The translations under genes were made by a program, and so were the position numbers. The notes under the pieces are model-generated. The model saw only the letters and a list, made by a program, of their open reading frames with translations, made no database searches and was not told the DNA's origin. Below, in pieces: positions 26,809 to 37,727 of a stretch of 64,000 nt of DNA. Within the stretch, counting starts at the first letter, position 1. Each line of letters begins with the position of its first letter. Source of the stretch: Lingula anatina (lineage: Eukaryota > Animalia > Brachiopoda); the NCBI GenBank assembly GCA_051362555.1, contig CM120646.1:8618001-8682000 (forward strand), read 5' to 3'.

Positions 26809-29800
26809 CTATTCTCAATAAGCAATGCTTTCGAGATACGGGGCCCTGCAGGACTGTCTACGGGCAATTAGCGTGCAGGACCGTTCCCGACCGCTTTTTA
26901 AAGCTTAAAAGCGATATTCAAAGGGGCCCTCATGCTGAATTTTTTCTTCTTTATTGTCAGCACAGAGATCGATTTATTTGACAACAATATATATATTTGG
27001 TCATACTTGTTGCTATACAGAAAAGCAAAAATTATGATCAAATGATACCACGAAATCAGAATAATAGTTATAAATAAATTATTGAAGAAGAAATGAGACT
27101 ACCCCCGCCCTCCCCCGCCCGCTAAAGGGCCCTGAAAATTTTTGGTATTTTAGATGGTGAATGGTGCCATTTGGTATGGTTTAGAACTATGATTCAACTA
27201 GTGAAAGTCTTATTTCAAGAGGTGAGTTTTTTTTTTTTTTTTTTTTGCAGAAATTAAAAGGGAGGCGTCAGGACCCCCCTGACCCCCCTCTAAATCCAAC
27301 ACTGACAAGGTACCATTCAGTAGAAATTCCAACCAATTTCTAAATTTCCATGCATAAGGCATGATATTGCCCTTTCATTTCCAAATTACTCTCCCAAGAA
27401 TGCATTCTAGACCCCCTCAGCATACCTCTCTTAACTGTAGGGGTTATCATAACTAGGGCAGGTAACTACATGGCCGGGCTGGTAACTTTTCAGAGTTACC
27501 TGCCCGGCGGTCTGGCTAGTAATTTCCTTGAATTTCATACACTGTTATAGGTATGTGTTATTGTGTTCAGGATGCTCTTCTTACTTTGTCAAAGTTATAG
27601 GTATGTAATATTGTGTTCAGGATGCTCTCCCTACTTTGTCAAAGTTATAGGCATGTAACATTGTGTTCATGATGCTCTTCCTACTTTTTCAAAGTTATAG
27701 GCATGTAATATTGTGTTCAGGATGCTCTCCCTACTTTGTCAAAGTTATAGGTATGTAATATTGTGTTCAGGATGCTCTCCCTACTTTGTCAAAGTTATAG
27801 GTATGTAATATTGTGTTCAGGATGCTCTCCCTACTTTGTCAAAGTTATAGGCATGTAATATTGTGTTCATGATGCTCTTCCTACTTTTTCAAAGTTATAG
27901 GCATGTAATATTGTGTTCAGGATGCTCTCCCTACTTTGTCAAAGTTATAGGTATGTAATATTGTGTTCAGGATGCTCTCCCTACTTTGTCAAAGTTATAG
28001 GTATGTATAGAACAGTTTCATTAGCTATGTTATTATAATAGACTTGTGAAGATTCTTTTGTCTATAGCTATTTATATTAGTTTGATCTTACCATCCAATA
28101 TTTCATCTGCTTGCAGTCAGATTTCATCAGGGAATGAGGTTGTGACAGGTATGACAACCTGTCACCCCCTCTGGTGTGCTATTTGGTCATCGGAGAGACA
28201 GGACGTTCCTTAACTGAAAGAATCGCTGAACATCAAAAATCGATCAAAAAACATGATAAAAAATCTGCCCTCAGCCAACACCAGGAACAGACAGGGCATT
28301 GTATAACATCAACAACCATAGAAGACATAATAATCTTGGAAAGAGAGCCACGAGATCTACACCGGAAAGTTCTTGAAGCAATTAACATCCGCTTACATGG
28401 GGCCAAGTTGAATCGGAATGATGGGACTGAGCTACCCAACCTCTACCTACCACTCCTAAGGGAGGGGCAGGCAAGGGGGGGGGATCTGACCAAATAGCAC
28501 ACCAGAGGGGGTGACAGGTTGTCATACCTGTCACAACCTCATTCCCTGATGAAATCTGACTGCAAGCAGATGAAATATTGGATGGTAAGATCAAACTAAT
28601 ATAAATAGCTATAGACAAAAGAATCTTCACAAGTCTATAGGTATGTAATATTGTGTTCAGGGTGCTCTCCCTACTTTGTCAAAGTTATAGATATGTAATA
28701 TTGTGTTCAGGGTGCTCTTCCTACTTTGTCAAAGTTATAGGTATGTAATATTGTGTTCAGGATGCTCTCCCTACTTTGTCAAAGTTATAGGTATGTAATA
28801 TTGTGTTCAGGGTGCTCTCCCTACTTTGTCAAAGTTATAGGTATGTAATATTGTGTTCAGGGTGCTCTTCCTACTTTGTCAAATTATAGGTATGTAATAT
28901 TGTGTTCAGGGTGCTCTTCCTACTTTGTCAAAGTTATAGGTATGTAATATTGTGTTCAGGGTGCTCTTCCTACTTTGTCAAAGTTATAGGTATGTGATAT
29001 TGTGTTCAGGATGCTCTCCCTACTTTGTCAAAGTTATAGGTATGTGATATTGTGTTCAGGATGCTCTCCCTACTTTGTCAAAGTTATAGGTATGTGATAT
29101 TGTGTTCAGGATGCTCTCCCTACTTTGTCAAAGTTATAAGTATGTGATATTGTGTTCAGGGTGCTCTTCCTACTGTGTCTGTCCAGCAGCCCTTACAGAC
29201 ACAGCCACAGGTGATGGCCGTGGCCCAGCCTGGACAAGGGGGCCAGCAGTTACAGCAGTTTGTTCTCCTCAACCCAGCCCAGCTACCTCCATCAGTCCAG
29301 CCACAGTTCCTGGTCCCTAACCAACAGGTGAGCACAACACTTGCCACAGAACACAGCTACTGCTGCTCATTACCATAGTCAATTCTTGGGAAGATTTCTT
29401 GGATTTTATTCTGACTCAGTTACATCTATAAGAAGCAATAACATAGGGAATTTTAGTATTTCAGGAGATTATTGAATTTCATGAGAAATTAATCCCTGTG
29501 TTTGCTTAGGTCATTATGTGCAATGTTTTGATTACTGAGATGTTGTCAGAAAAGTGATACTAAGTTTTTGTTCTTCACTCATATTGTTGAGTGCAAACAC
29601 AAGAAAAAGAGTTATAAAGGAAAGCTGAGAAAATTATATGAATAAATTTACCATCTCTTACTGTATGGAAAAAAATGTGCAATTTTTGTACCACGATTTT
29701 TCAGGGACTGTTACAAGGTGTTACCATGGCGACCAGTGTCCCCTCTGTGATGGTTCCCAGCAGCAGTCAGTCCGCAGTGAGGACCCAGTCTCCAGCCACC

Positions 29801-32800
29801 ACCAGTACCGTGGCTAATACTCAGGCTGGCCTCACATCACCATTAGCTCTTAACCAGGTACCATTTGATGCTGGTTGTAGTGGGAGTGCATAAATAGTTG
29901 ATGATCTTTTAAAGCATCTGCTTTGCTATAGTATACATAGAAATACAGAGAATAAAGTCTTTAGAGTTCAAATGTTATAGCTCTACTGTTTTAAAATGAG
30001 TGATAGTAAGTTCAATTTTATATGTATTTTATATAATTATACCTTTAAGTAACTTCTAAAATTAGATTAGTAAGGTTATGATAATAGATATGTTTTCTTT
30101 AAAATTAATCTATTTTTACTGTAATGAAGTGTTTCTGTATGTTTTTGCTGAGAATTAAGAATCTTGGACTAGCCATGATGCATGCACATATCTCACCGCT
30201 ACCTGTGAATGGTGTCATATTTGTGAAGTCACTGAGTACATACTGAGAACTGAGAAGCTACTGTGTTGGCAGATCCAGGGATGGAAAGGGGCAGTGGGAC
30301 ACAAACTAATGAATGACCTCTTTATTTGTATTTCAAAAAGAGAGAAAATATATGTGTATAATCTTGTGCGCGTGTGTGTGTATGTGCTTGTGTATCTGTG
30401 TGTGTGTGTGCGCATTGGCCTCCCCTCTGATATCTCTGGATCAGCCAATAGCACTCTAACCCAATGTTCTCGTAATACTAAATTTGCTCTAAATAACAGC
30501 AGGAGTACTAGTTGACATGAATTTTTTTTAATGAATTATCTAAGATATTAAAAATCAGGTTGTAACACATTGATGAAACTTATTCTTGCAAATATGAACC
30601 TGGTTTACAGAATTCAGAATATATATGCTACTTACAGGAGACCCTATTCTGGGGAAGACACTTAACCTTCATTAAAAGTATAGACTAACCCTACATTTTA
30701 AGCAGATTATTAATTCTGTAACATCAGTCTCATGGGCATTAATATCACTTAGTGTAGTAGAACAAGTATTTTCCCTAAAATAAAAATGCGATGTATGCAT
30801 TAATACTTGGATAGATTCCCTTTCATTTGCAGCAGCATATTGGCATGTATTATGTACATAAAAGAGGGATAACATAGCTGGGTACCTGTGAAAATAGACA
30901 ACGATTCAAATTTTCTCCTATAGATAAGCCCTCTCTGTTAGAAAATCTTTCTCATTTTCCACTTAAGCTTTCCCTTGTTCAGCATGTGAAACAGTTTTTA
31001 TAAGACATGTCAAAATTAAATTTCTAGACAGTTCTTACTTTCAGTTTTGATACTGCATAAGACACTCTAGCTGTAACCTCTTCCAAATTTTATCTTTTTG
31101 ATTCCAAAACTTAGCTATAAATATAATATTAACTAATCAGTCCAGATCTTAGAGCTCACAACCAGTGGTGCCATTTAGTGGTGAATCTTACCCTGCTTTG
31201 TATGGCTTTATTTATATCAGCCTGAAGAGAGCTGTGAACTTGACGACCTTGAGCGCTTTGCTAGGCTTTTTAAACAACAGCGGACAAGGCTAGGTAATGT
31301 ATTAGATAGATGTGATCAGCAGCAACCCTTTCTGGTATCTACAGAGCTTCTCACAAGTTACACACAAAGAAGGGAAGTAGATGGTCTATCAAAGCTAATC
31401 TTGATATAGGCTCACTGTGGCAGCTCCTCTCCCCCCTCCCCCTCCCCCTCCCCCTCCCCTCTTGAAGCTAGCCCTAGAATTTGAGGACCATGAATCTTGA
31501 GGTGTCCCTCACACTTTTGGACAAGGCTAGGTAATGTATTAGATAGATGTGATCAGCAGCAACCCTTTCTGGTATCTACAGAGCTTCTCACAAGTTACAC
31601 ACAAAGAAGGGAAGTAGATGGTCTATCAAAGCTAATCTTGATATAGGCTCACTGTGGCAGCTCCTCTCCCCCCTCCCCCTCCCCCTCCCCCTCCCCTCTT
31701 GAAGCTAGCCCTAGAATTTGAGGACCATGAATCTTGAGGTGTCCCTCACACTTTTGAGGGTGGACCTCCTGCCAGGTACAGGGATGATCAACAGTGTCTT
31801 CTCTCCTGCAAGCTATATATTCTGGAAAACGTGGTATGATATGATGTGGTGGGTTTTTGTTGTACTAGGTTATGTACTTAAATAAGGAAAACTTTGTCTT
31901 GTTCCTCTAACAGCAACAAGATGAAAATATTGACCTAGAAGAACTAGAACAATTTGCAAAGACATTCAAACGGCGGAGAATAGAATTGGGTAAGCAATGC
32001 TTGTGATGTTTAAATGGATGATGACAGGAGGTGTATTCAGTTTTATGTTTTTGTTTAAAAAAGGTACTACTGGAAAAAATATTTCTTACATATGTGCAGA
32101 GTGTCAAGTTCCTATTTTTTCCTATTTTTTGGTGATATTCCTTTTTTTATTTTCATCTTTTTCCTATTTTTTGGCCTGGAAATTGTGTTTAACTTATGTG
32201 TCAAGTCATGTAGGTTATCAGAAAATAAGATGTGAATACCTTGGTCAATATTGAACTGTTTGTGAAAGTTTTGAAAAATTTGGCAAAGGCATTGGCCAGC
32301 AGCACTTGGGTCTACATGCCCTGGTAAAGTACAGTGCAGGAAGGTGAGGAGATTACACAAAACTTCAGGTAACGTTGCATGTTTTGATGCCTATGTATGG
32401 AACATACTGAAGTCTTTTGGCTGGCATCTGACTAAACCTGCTACTTGTGACTCGTGGTATTCTTGACCAGTGGGATGCCATGTCTGAATTCATCAAAATG
32501 TTGCCAAAGGATGTGAAGAAAGCATCATAACCCATCAACTACACAAGAACAACTATGATAAAATTGTGTGATTGTTGAGATACTTGTTGCATTGAAAACT
32601 TGTCCCCTCACCTTCCTATTTGGCACGTTTCGCACCAGAGATTGTCCAACGGATATGCAATATGAACTGAGATTATACAAATACATTATTTTGATTAATT
32701 TTGAAGCTTTCTATCTATTTTTCTTTTGATTATGTTAATTCAATGAAAATATATGTGTATGTTGGTTTGAAATAGGATTAATACTTGTATCCTATTTGTT

Positions 32801-34445
32801 ATTTTTATTTAATATTTATTTATTTACTTTTTGGACTTAGAATCTCCGAAAGCTCCAATGAGCAGTTCCTCAAATCATCTGAAAAAAATAGTTCAGAGTC
32901 GAGAAAAAGAACCCAAATATAAATAATGAGAGAGCCAGTGAATGTTCACACAACGAAATTGTGGTTTAGATTGTGAATTTAACATTCACGATTACAAATC
33001 CACAGCTCATAAAACACAAATTGCATTTATTGTTCATGAGGCCTGAAAAATCGAAAGCAAAACAGTCAGTAGTAGGAACAAAAAAGTTGTCCATTAAAAA
33101 AAATTGATTATTCACTGGTTAAGAAAACTAAAAAATGTTAAAGCATGTTTTCGTCAGTTAACATGATTGTTTTTACTACGGAAGCACAATGTATGATATG
33201 TATGTCCCTTTCAAACAGATTTGTTACAGTTACAGGACTGAATATTGGTAACTTATTACTTTCTGTTGCTGTCTTAAAGTTTGTTAGACAAATGTTTGTT
33301 TTTACACTAAATAATGTTTATTACGGAGTGTTGGGAGGCCATCTTTCTTATAAAATAATACCTATTTTTCCTAATCTTTTGTAGTAAAATACCCATTTCC
33401 TTACCTATTTTATTGAATATTTTTTCCCATTTTGCTGAAAGGTATATTACAACTTGACACCCTGTACATGATATATCCACTAAAAGGTTTATGGCAATCT
33501 CGGTGCAAATTTTTCCTAATAATTTAAAACAAAGAAATTTAAAGATGGGAGAGAGAGCTCCTAATGTGAAAGTGTTGTTTCTTTGTGATCAGGTCATTGT
33601 GGTGTCATCAGCTTGTGTAACCTTGCAAGATATCATTCCACACATGTAACTTTATATTATTCTTTCCAGGGTTTACTCAGGGAGATGTGGGCCTGGCCAT
33701 GGGAAAATTATATGGCAACGATTTCAGCCAGACAACAATATCCAGGTTTGAGGCCCTAAACCTCAGTTTTAAAAACATGTGTAAGTTAAAACCTCTCCTA
33801 CAAAAATGGCTTGAGGATGCTGACCAGCTGACCAATAATCCATCTGCATTGACTGCCGGGTCGTCACCAGTTACACCAGAGTCCATTGGGCGACGGCGGA
33901 AGAAGCGCACAAGTATTGAGACCACTATTCGTGTCTCCCTTGAAAAGAGCTTCCTACAGAACCCAAAACCCACCTCGGAGGAGATCTCTATTCTGGCAGA
34001 CTCAATGAACATGGAGAAAGAGGTAGTCAGGGTATGGTTTTGCAACAGGAGACAGAAAGAGAAAAGGATCAATCCACCATCCAACACCTTGATGAACCAC
34101 ACATCACTGAGCATGCCCAGTCCACTTCCTCCCATCAGCCCCACATCCATCATGGCGCACACATGTCTACCTACAAGCATTGCTACGCCTTCATCACTGG
34201 GCCTCACAAATCATGGGTCCCATCCTGTCAACCTGATTAATACCTCCCAAGTGTCTAATAATAATAATAATATTAACTCACAAGTGACCAGTGCTTCCCC
34301 AATTATCACTACTGAACTAAACACTGCTGGCCTGAACACCACTGACTTGACCACAGCTGGTATGACCACAATGGCCAATGTTGGCCTGTCTGCTGGCAAT
34401 CAGCATATTAACTCTGTAGCTGAGGAGAGAGCGGAACCAACTTGA
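13192..34445 (+). CDS. POU2F1: Class II POU-domain transcription factor (Oct-1/POU2F1/nubbin-pdm family), multi-exon
   Basis: Phase-consistent GT-AG exons: 13192-13248, 18144-18241, 19094-19225, 19397-19642 (poly-Q), 29160 (or 29187)-29327, 29705-29857, [31221-31293 or 31914-31989], 33670-34445. They encode [64 protein letters not shown] and the homeodomain [10 protein letters not shown]...[15 protein letters not shown], diagnostic of POU class II. The N-terminal exons are less certain than the domain exons. Confidence 0.95.
13406..15142. mobile_element. Kolobok-like element carrying nested insertions
   Basis: TTAA|AGGCATAGGGGTGA ... TCGCCACCTATGCCT|TTAA, i.e. TIRs with a TTAA TSD. Confidence 0.55.
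13936..14227. mobile_element. Palindromic MITE (~290 bp)
   Basis: Inverted arms of about 125 bp, AGAATGAGTAGAGCCGAGTGCTAGCTAGG... / ...CCTAGCTAGCACTTGGCTCTTCTCATTCT, with a short spacer. Confidence 0.8.
19601..20160 (+). repeat. 51-bp tandem triplication spanning the poly-Q exon donor
   Basis: CAGCAACCAGCTGTATTATCCACAAGTCAACCTAATATACAG|GTAATAGAT at 19601 and 19652. The third copy at 19703 is split by a MITE and resumes at 20114. Confidence 0.95.
19716..20113. mobile_element. 398-bp MITE with TGT...ACA ends and a 6-bp TSD
   Basis: TIRs of about 60 bp, repeated internal (G)CACAAATTGTCG motifs, and TSD CGGCTG at 19710-19715 and 20114-20119. The empty site matches the sibling repeat units. Confidence 0.85.
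20523..23444 (+). mobile_element. Helentron/DINE-like element as a head-to-tail concatemer
   Basis: Same 5' and 3' hallmarks as 1170-4294. The body restarts at about 21731 and 22752 (1021-bp period, near identical), and a further 5' terminus appears at about 23283. Confidence 0.8.
23543..27544. mobile_element. hAT-like non-autonomous DNA transposon hosting a LINE
   Basis: Perfect 13-bp TIR CAGTGTATGAAAT/ATTTCATACACTG, GC-rich subterminal motifs, and TSD TTATAGG (23536-23542, 27545-27551) inside a minisatellite unit. Confidence 0.8.
24473..26752 (+). mobile_element. Rex1/Babar-like (CR1/L2 group) non-LTR retrotransposon, defective
   Basis: Single-ORF layout with APE motifs ([44 protein letters not shown]) and C-terminal RT thumb motifs ([31 protein letters not shown]). 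Lesions: TGA at 25375, a frameshift near 25825, and the RT core missing at about 26095. AATAAA precedes (TA)n; (TA)n also lies on the 5' side. Confidence 0.9.
28092..28136 (-). ncRNA. Second copy of the hammerhead motif (inverted pLTR)
   Basis: Reverse complement of 28540-28584. Confidence 0.65.
28540..28584 (+). ncRNA. Minimal type I hammerhead ribozyme motif
   Basis: CATTCC-CTGATGA-A-ATCTG-actgcaag-CAGAT-GAAA-TATT-GGATG: core boxes, a 5-bp stem II, a palindromic AATATT stem III and a short stem I. Located in a Penelope pLTR, where such motifs are known. Confidence 0.7.
31221..31293 (+). CDS. Alternative (divergent) POU-specific helix-1 exon A: [24 protein letters not shown](G)
   Basis: tttatatcag| acceptor and G|GTAATG donor; 73 nt, phase 0->1; open frame that aligns without gaps to POUs residues 1-24. 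Confidence 0.8.
31282..31755 (+). repeat. 237-bp tandem duplication starting in the last 12 nt of exon A
   Basis: 31282-31518 appears identical to 31519-31755. It copies the exon A donor and a (CTCCCC)n tract. Confidence 0.95.
31914..31989 (+). CDS. Canonical POU-specific helix-1 exon B: [25 protein letters not shown](G)
   Basis: ctctaacag| acceptor and G|GTAAG donor; 76 nt, phase 0->1; near-identical to Oct-1 POUs helix 1. Confidence 0.95.
32097..33464. mobile_element. Old hAT-like deletion derivative
   Basis: TIR CAGAGTGTCAAGTT / AACTTGACACCCTG, subterminal (TT)CCTATTT repeats, and a remnant [10 protein letters not shown] peptide near 32463. TSD not preserved. Confidence 0.5.
33670..34445 (+). 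CDS. POU2F1: Terminal POU2 exon: rest of the POU-specific domain, linker, homeodomain and S/T-rich tail
   Basis: tctttccag|GG TTT ACT CAG (phase 1), open to TGA at 34445. AATAAA at 34490. Confidence 0.98.
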
Positions 34446-35319
34446 CTTGCACTTTAAAAGTCATTACTGTAAAATATATCTGTGTTGTCAATAAAGCAGG
34501 CTGTGCTTTGCAAGGTAATCCTAGCTGATTAGTTTTGAAAGTTCCATTGCGGTCAGATAATATATTTGGCCAGCAGTAGCAACACTGCTAGAGAGTTCAC
34601 AAGTTACAAGACAATCTAGTGGGATTTCTTAATTTCTCATTGTAAGATTTCACAACTGCTTTCACTGAATGATTCTGGAGGCTTTGTGTATTCCTGTGGA
34701 AAAATTACCAAATATCAAAGACTGCACAGTGGCAGAATTTAGAAACTGTGACTCCATATGGTCACTTCACAGCCTGATTAGACCTACTAGAGATCACCAA
34801 ACAAAAGAGCACCTGGATGTCATGAATCACCTGTAAACTAGCTGTTACTGGACTGTTCCCATGTTGACCATGGACAGAGTGTGGCTAGTTGTGTATCACT
34901 GGTACACGTAGAACAGTGGAGTGTGATTTGTGATCAGTTTGTCCTATGATGGCAGGGGACTAAGGACAAACACTTGGACACTGTGTGTTGGAAGTATTGA
35001 CAGCAAGGAATGACACCAGTCAAAGCAGTTGACATCAATCAGGTTCAAGGTGCTGGTGGTCTTGTTATTACTGGGATATGTGGCCCCAAGGGATTTTTGT
35101 ATTAACTTTGATTTCTTCAAATGCTTTAAAGTATTTGATTTGATATTGCTTTAATTTAAAATAATTGCTCTGGATTTTTTTCCAATTGGGAAACACAGCC
35201 TAGAGAATGAACTTTGGAAAAATAATTCTGCAGATACTATAGTCTAGAAACACATTTCCCAGACAAATAGGTAAAGTTTTTGAGATGATAATCTGCAGAA
35301 CAGTGATGTCATTGTCTAA

Positions 35320-35534
35320 CACCCCATTTCCATAGATTAGATCGACCTACTTTAGATCGACCTAACTCCCTGGGGGTTCACGCTAAATAGCTGTCAGCCG
35401 GGCGGACACGAAAGTTGATTATCCCCTTACAGCTTGTAGTAGGCGGGACGGACATTTAAGTCGGATTATCTGAAAGTAATCTAGTGAGACTCCCCGCGGG
35501 GATAGATCGATCTAAAATCTATGGGAATAGAGCC
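35320..35534. mobile_element. PIF/Harbinger(Tourist)-like MITE, family 1
   Basis: TAA/TAA TSD and TIRs of about 30 bp containing TAGATCGA. Other copies at 46070-46294 and 61671-61871. Confidence 0.7.
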
Positions 35535-37003
35535 TAAAACTCATGATGCATGTACCTTGTTATATGGCCTGTTAATAGCATAGGAAAGCCAGATATTGTG
35601 TTATGGAAGGTATGGACTACGTAGGAGGCAATTGGACTATATAAACAGGTGCCCTGTGACCCTAGTCCCCTGACTGAATGATATTACCTGATATGATTAT
35701 ACATAGTGTAAAGCAAGTTTTCATATGGCTGAATTTTTCATATATCTCATTTTTTTCTCAGTATCACTTTTTGTTATTTATTTATTTTTTTCATGTAAAG
35801 TTTTTTTAATTAACTTTCTGCATTTGTTAAATCTTTTTCACTAATGATGGAAAGTATTAAAGTTAACTCTTAAATATGGTTCAGTATATATTGCAAATTA
35901 ACCTTATGCTGTGAATTGAACACATGCATATATGTAAAATGGATATTTTTAGTTGGAGAAATAGCAACATTTCTCATAACCACTTCTAAAATTAAGCATT
36001 TCAGCATTGAATTACATCTATAAGGATATCAGCAAACTAAATGTACAGTCATAAGAAACTATAAAAAAAGACTAAAAAAAAAAAGTACAAATCATATTTT
36101 GAATAAAATAGTACTAGCAGGCTCTAGGACATATTTCTATATTACAATCATTTATTTTAAAGGCACTTAATATGATATCAAGAAAGATGCATGTAGTATA
36201 GAGCTTTTTATGTGTACATGGGGATTTTGTAAATAGGTATGTTGGCTTCAGTGAGAAGCAAATTGTGCAAAATGTTTAGTATCATCCTTGTTATGTACTT
36301 CGTGTAATCCAAACTTTAGTTCTTAATCAGATGTCATGCCTTGTTGATTTGTGTGTTGTCCTATAGTGGACTAGCATACAAAGCATAATAATATAAATAT
36401 ATATTATGTTCCATTCCTTGGTTTATGATTGCTCATTACAACAACAGAAGTGACTTATCAGAACCCTAAAAGCTGTTGGTTACCCATAAAACCTAAATAG
36501 TTATATACCCGAAGAAAGTTTCAATTTCTATGGAGAATGGAAGTTGAGATCTCACGTTTGATAAAAGTCTACTTGCAATCTGTATCATTCAAAACATTTG
36601 CTTTGACAGAATCCTTTTATTTCATCAGTTTGGTGATGTATTACAGTGCAATTTGTACACACAAAGCAAACCTAGAGGAAGTCTTACTTGTATAATGAAA
36701 ATAGAAGTGCCTCTTCATTTTTTTTGGACAAATTTATCTGTAAAAAAAAAAAAGAAAGAAATAAAACCAAATATCTGAGGCAGTGGATAAAGGGCCCTTC
36801 ATCTACCTCCTGTTTCTTATGATGCAAATTTAATATCCAAGCAGGCTTTATATTTCTTTGGTGACATCATTCTGTATATGGATTACTATTATTGTTATTT
36901 CAATATTGTATCATATAAAATTATCATTTTTAATCTTGCTTTTTTAAATGCAATATTCTCATTTACTTTCACTGCCTCCTTGCAACTGCTTAAATGAGTG
37001 GAT

Positions 37004-37727
37004 TTTTATGTACAGACAGATGTGTCTGTTCATGTAGCAATCACCTGTGTCTGTTGCCGCTGTCATCACTGTGCACTTTCTGTGTAATTTCAAACTTACA
37101 GTACTGATGAATATTCATAAATCACAGGTTGAGTTTAAAAATCGGCTTGATTGGACCATTTTTAAAACAGTTATGCTATTTTTTCAAATTTTTATCCATC
37201 GTTATACAAATAAAATGAAAACTGATTTTCCTTTTGTCTCCAAACTTGCAGAACTGATCAATATTTATAAAATACGGGTCATGTTCGAAAATTGGTTTGA
37301 TTGGACCATTTTACTAAAAATTATGCTTTTTCTTAAGCAAATTGCATCTAAATGAAGAACACATACTGGCACTGCCACTTCATTTGTTCTAATAGGAAAA
37401 CTTAGTTTCTTTTTTTTTTTTTTTAAACTTTTAAGAACGAATCTTATGATTGATCTACAGCTCAAACTGGTAAAACCTGATTGGATTATTTTTCTTTCTT
37501 GAATTTATGCAATTTTTAGTGAAATTTTCATTTTTTTTCATATTCTGTTGTTTTTTTTTTTCTTCATTTTTCAATCACGCATTTTTAGGTGTGACTTTGT
37601 TAAAATGTGGTGGTGATAATGCTGTTAAAAATTATATAATATTGATTTTAAATTGACAAAATAACATTTTTGTGCATCATTTTTTTCTTGCTTTATGTCT
37701 GTACATTTCACAGCTTTGCTGCCTTGT
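37004..37727 (+). mobile_element. Diverged Helentron/DINE-like copy
   Basis: TTTTTATGTACAGACAGATGTGTCTGT start, degenerate central repeats, GTCTGTACATTTCACAGCTTTGCTGCCTTGTT end. Confidence 0.7.

Larger units (their letters stand above)
28008..28638 (+). mobile_element. 5'-truncated Penelope-like element (GIY-YIG endonuclease end) with inverted pseudo-LTR
   Basis: [15 protein letters not shown]...SALSQH...GH...RKVLEAINI...LNRNDG is the PLE endonuclease C-terminus. 152-bp inverted repeats at 28038-28189 and 28487-28638. Probable TSD (TAT)AGGTATGTA. Confidence 0.9.
27545..29175 (+). repeat. 50-bp minisatellite (about 20 units, plus a detached unit at about 23495-23542)
   Basis: Unit GTATGTAATATTGTGTTCAGGATGCTCTCCCTACTTTGTCAAAGTTATAG. 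It is interrupted by the hAT and Penelope insertions and merges into the POU2 exon at 29160. Confidence 0.97.

Noticed and set aside
33677-34399. Antisense ORFs over the POU terminal exon
   Set aside because: Shadow frames of the real coding exon.
10112-36830. Octamer motifs (10112, 17236, 36822) as autoregulatory sites of the POU gene
   Set aside because: About five are expected by chance in 64 kb at this AT content, and similar hits occur outside the gene.
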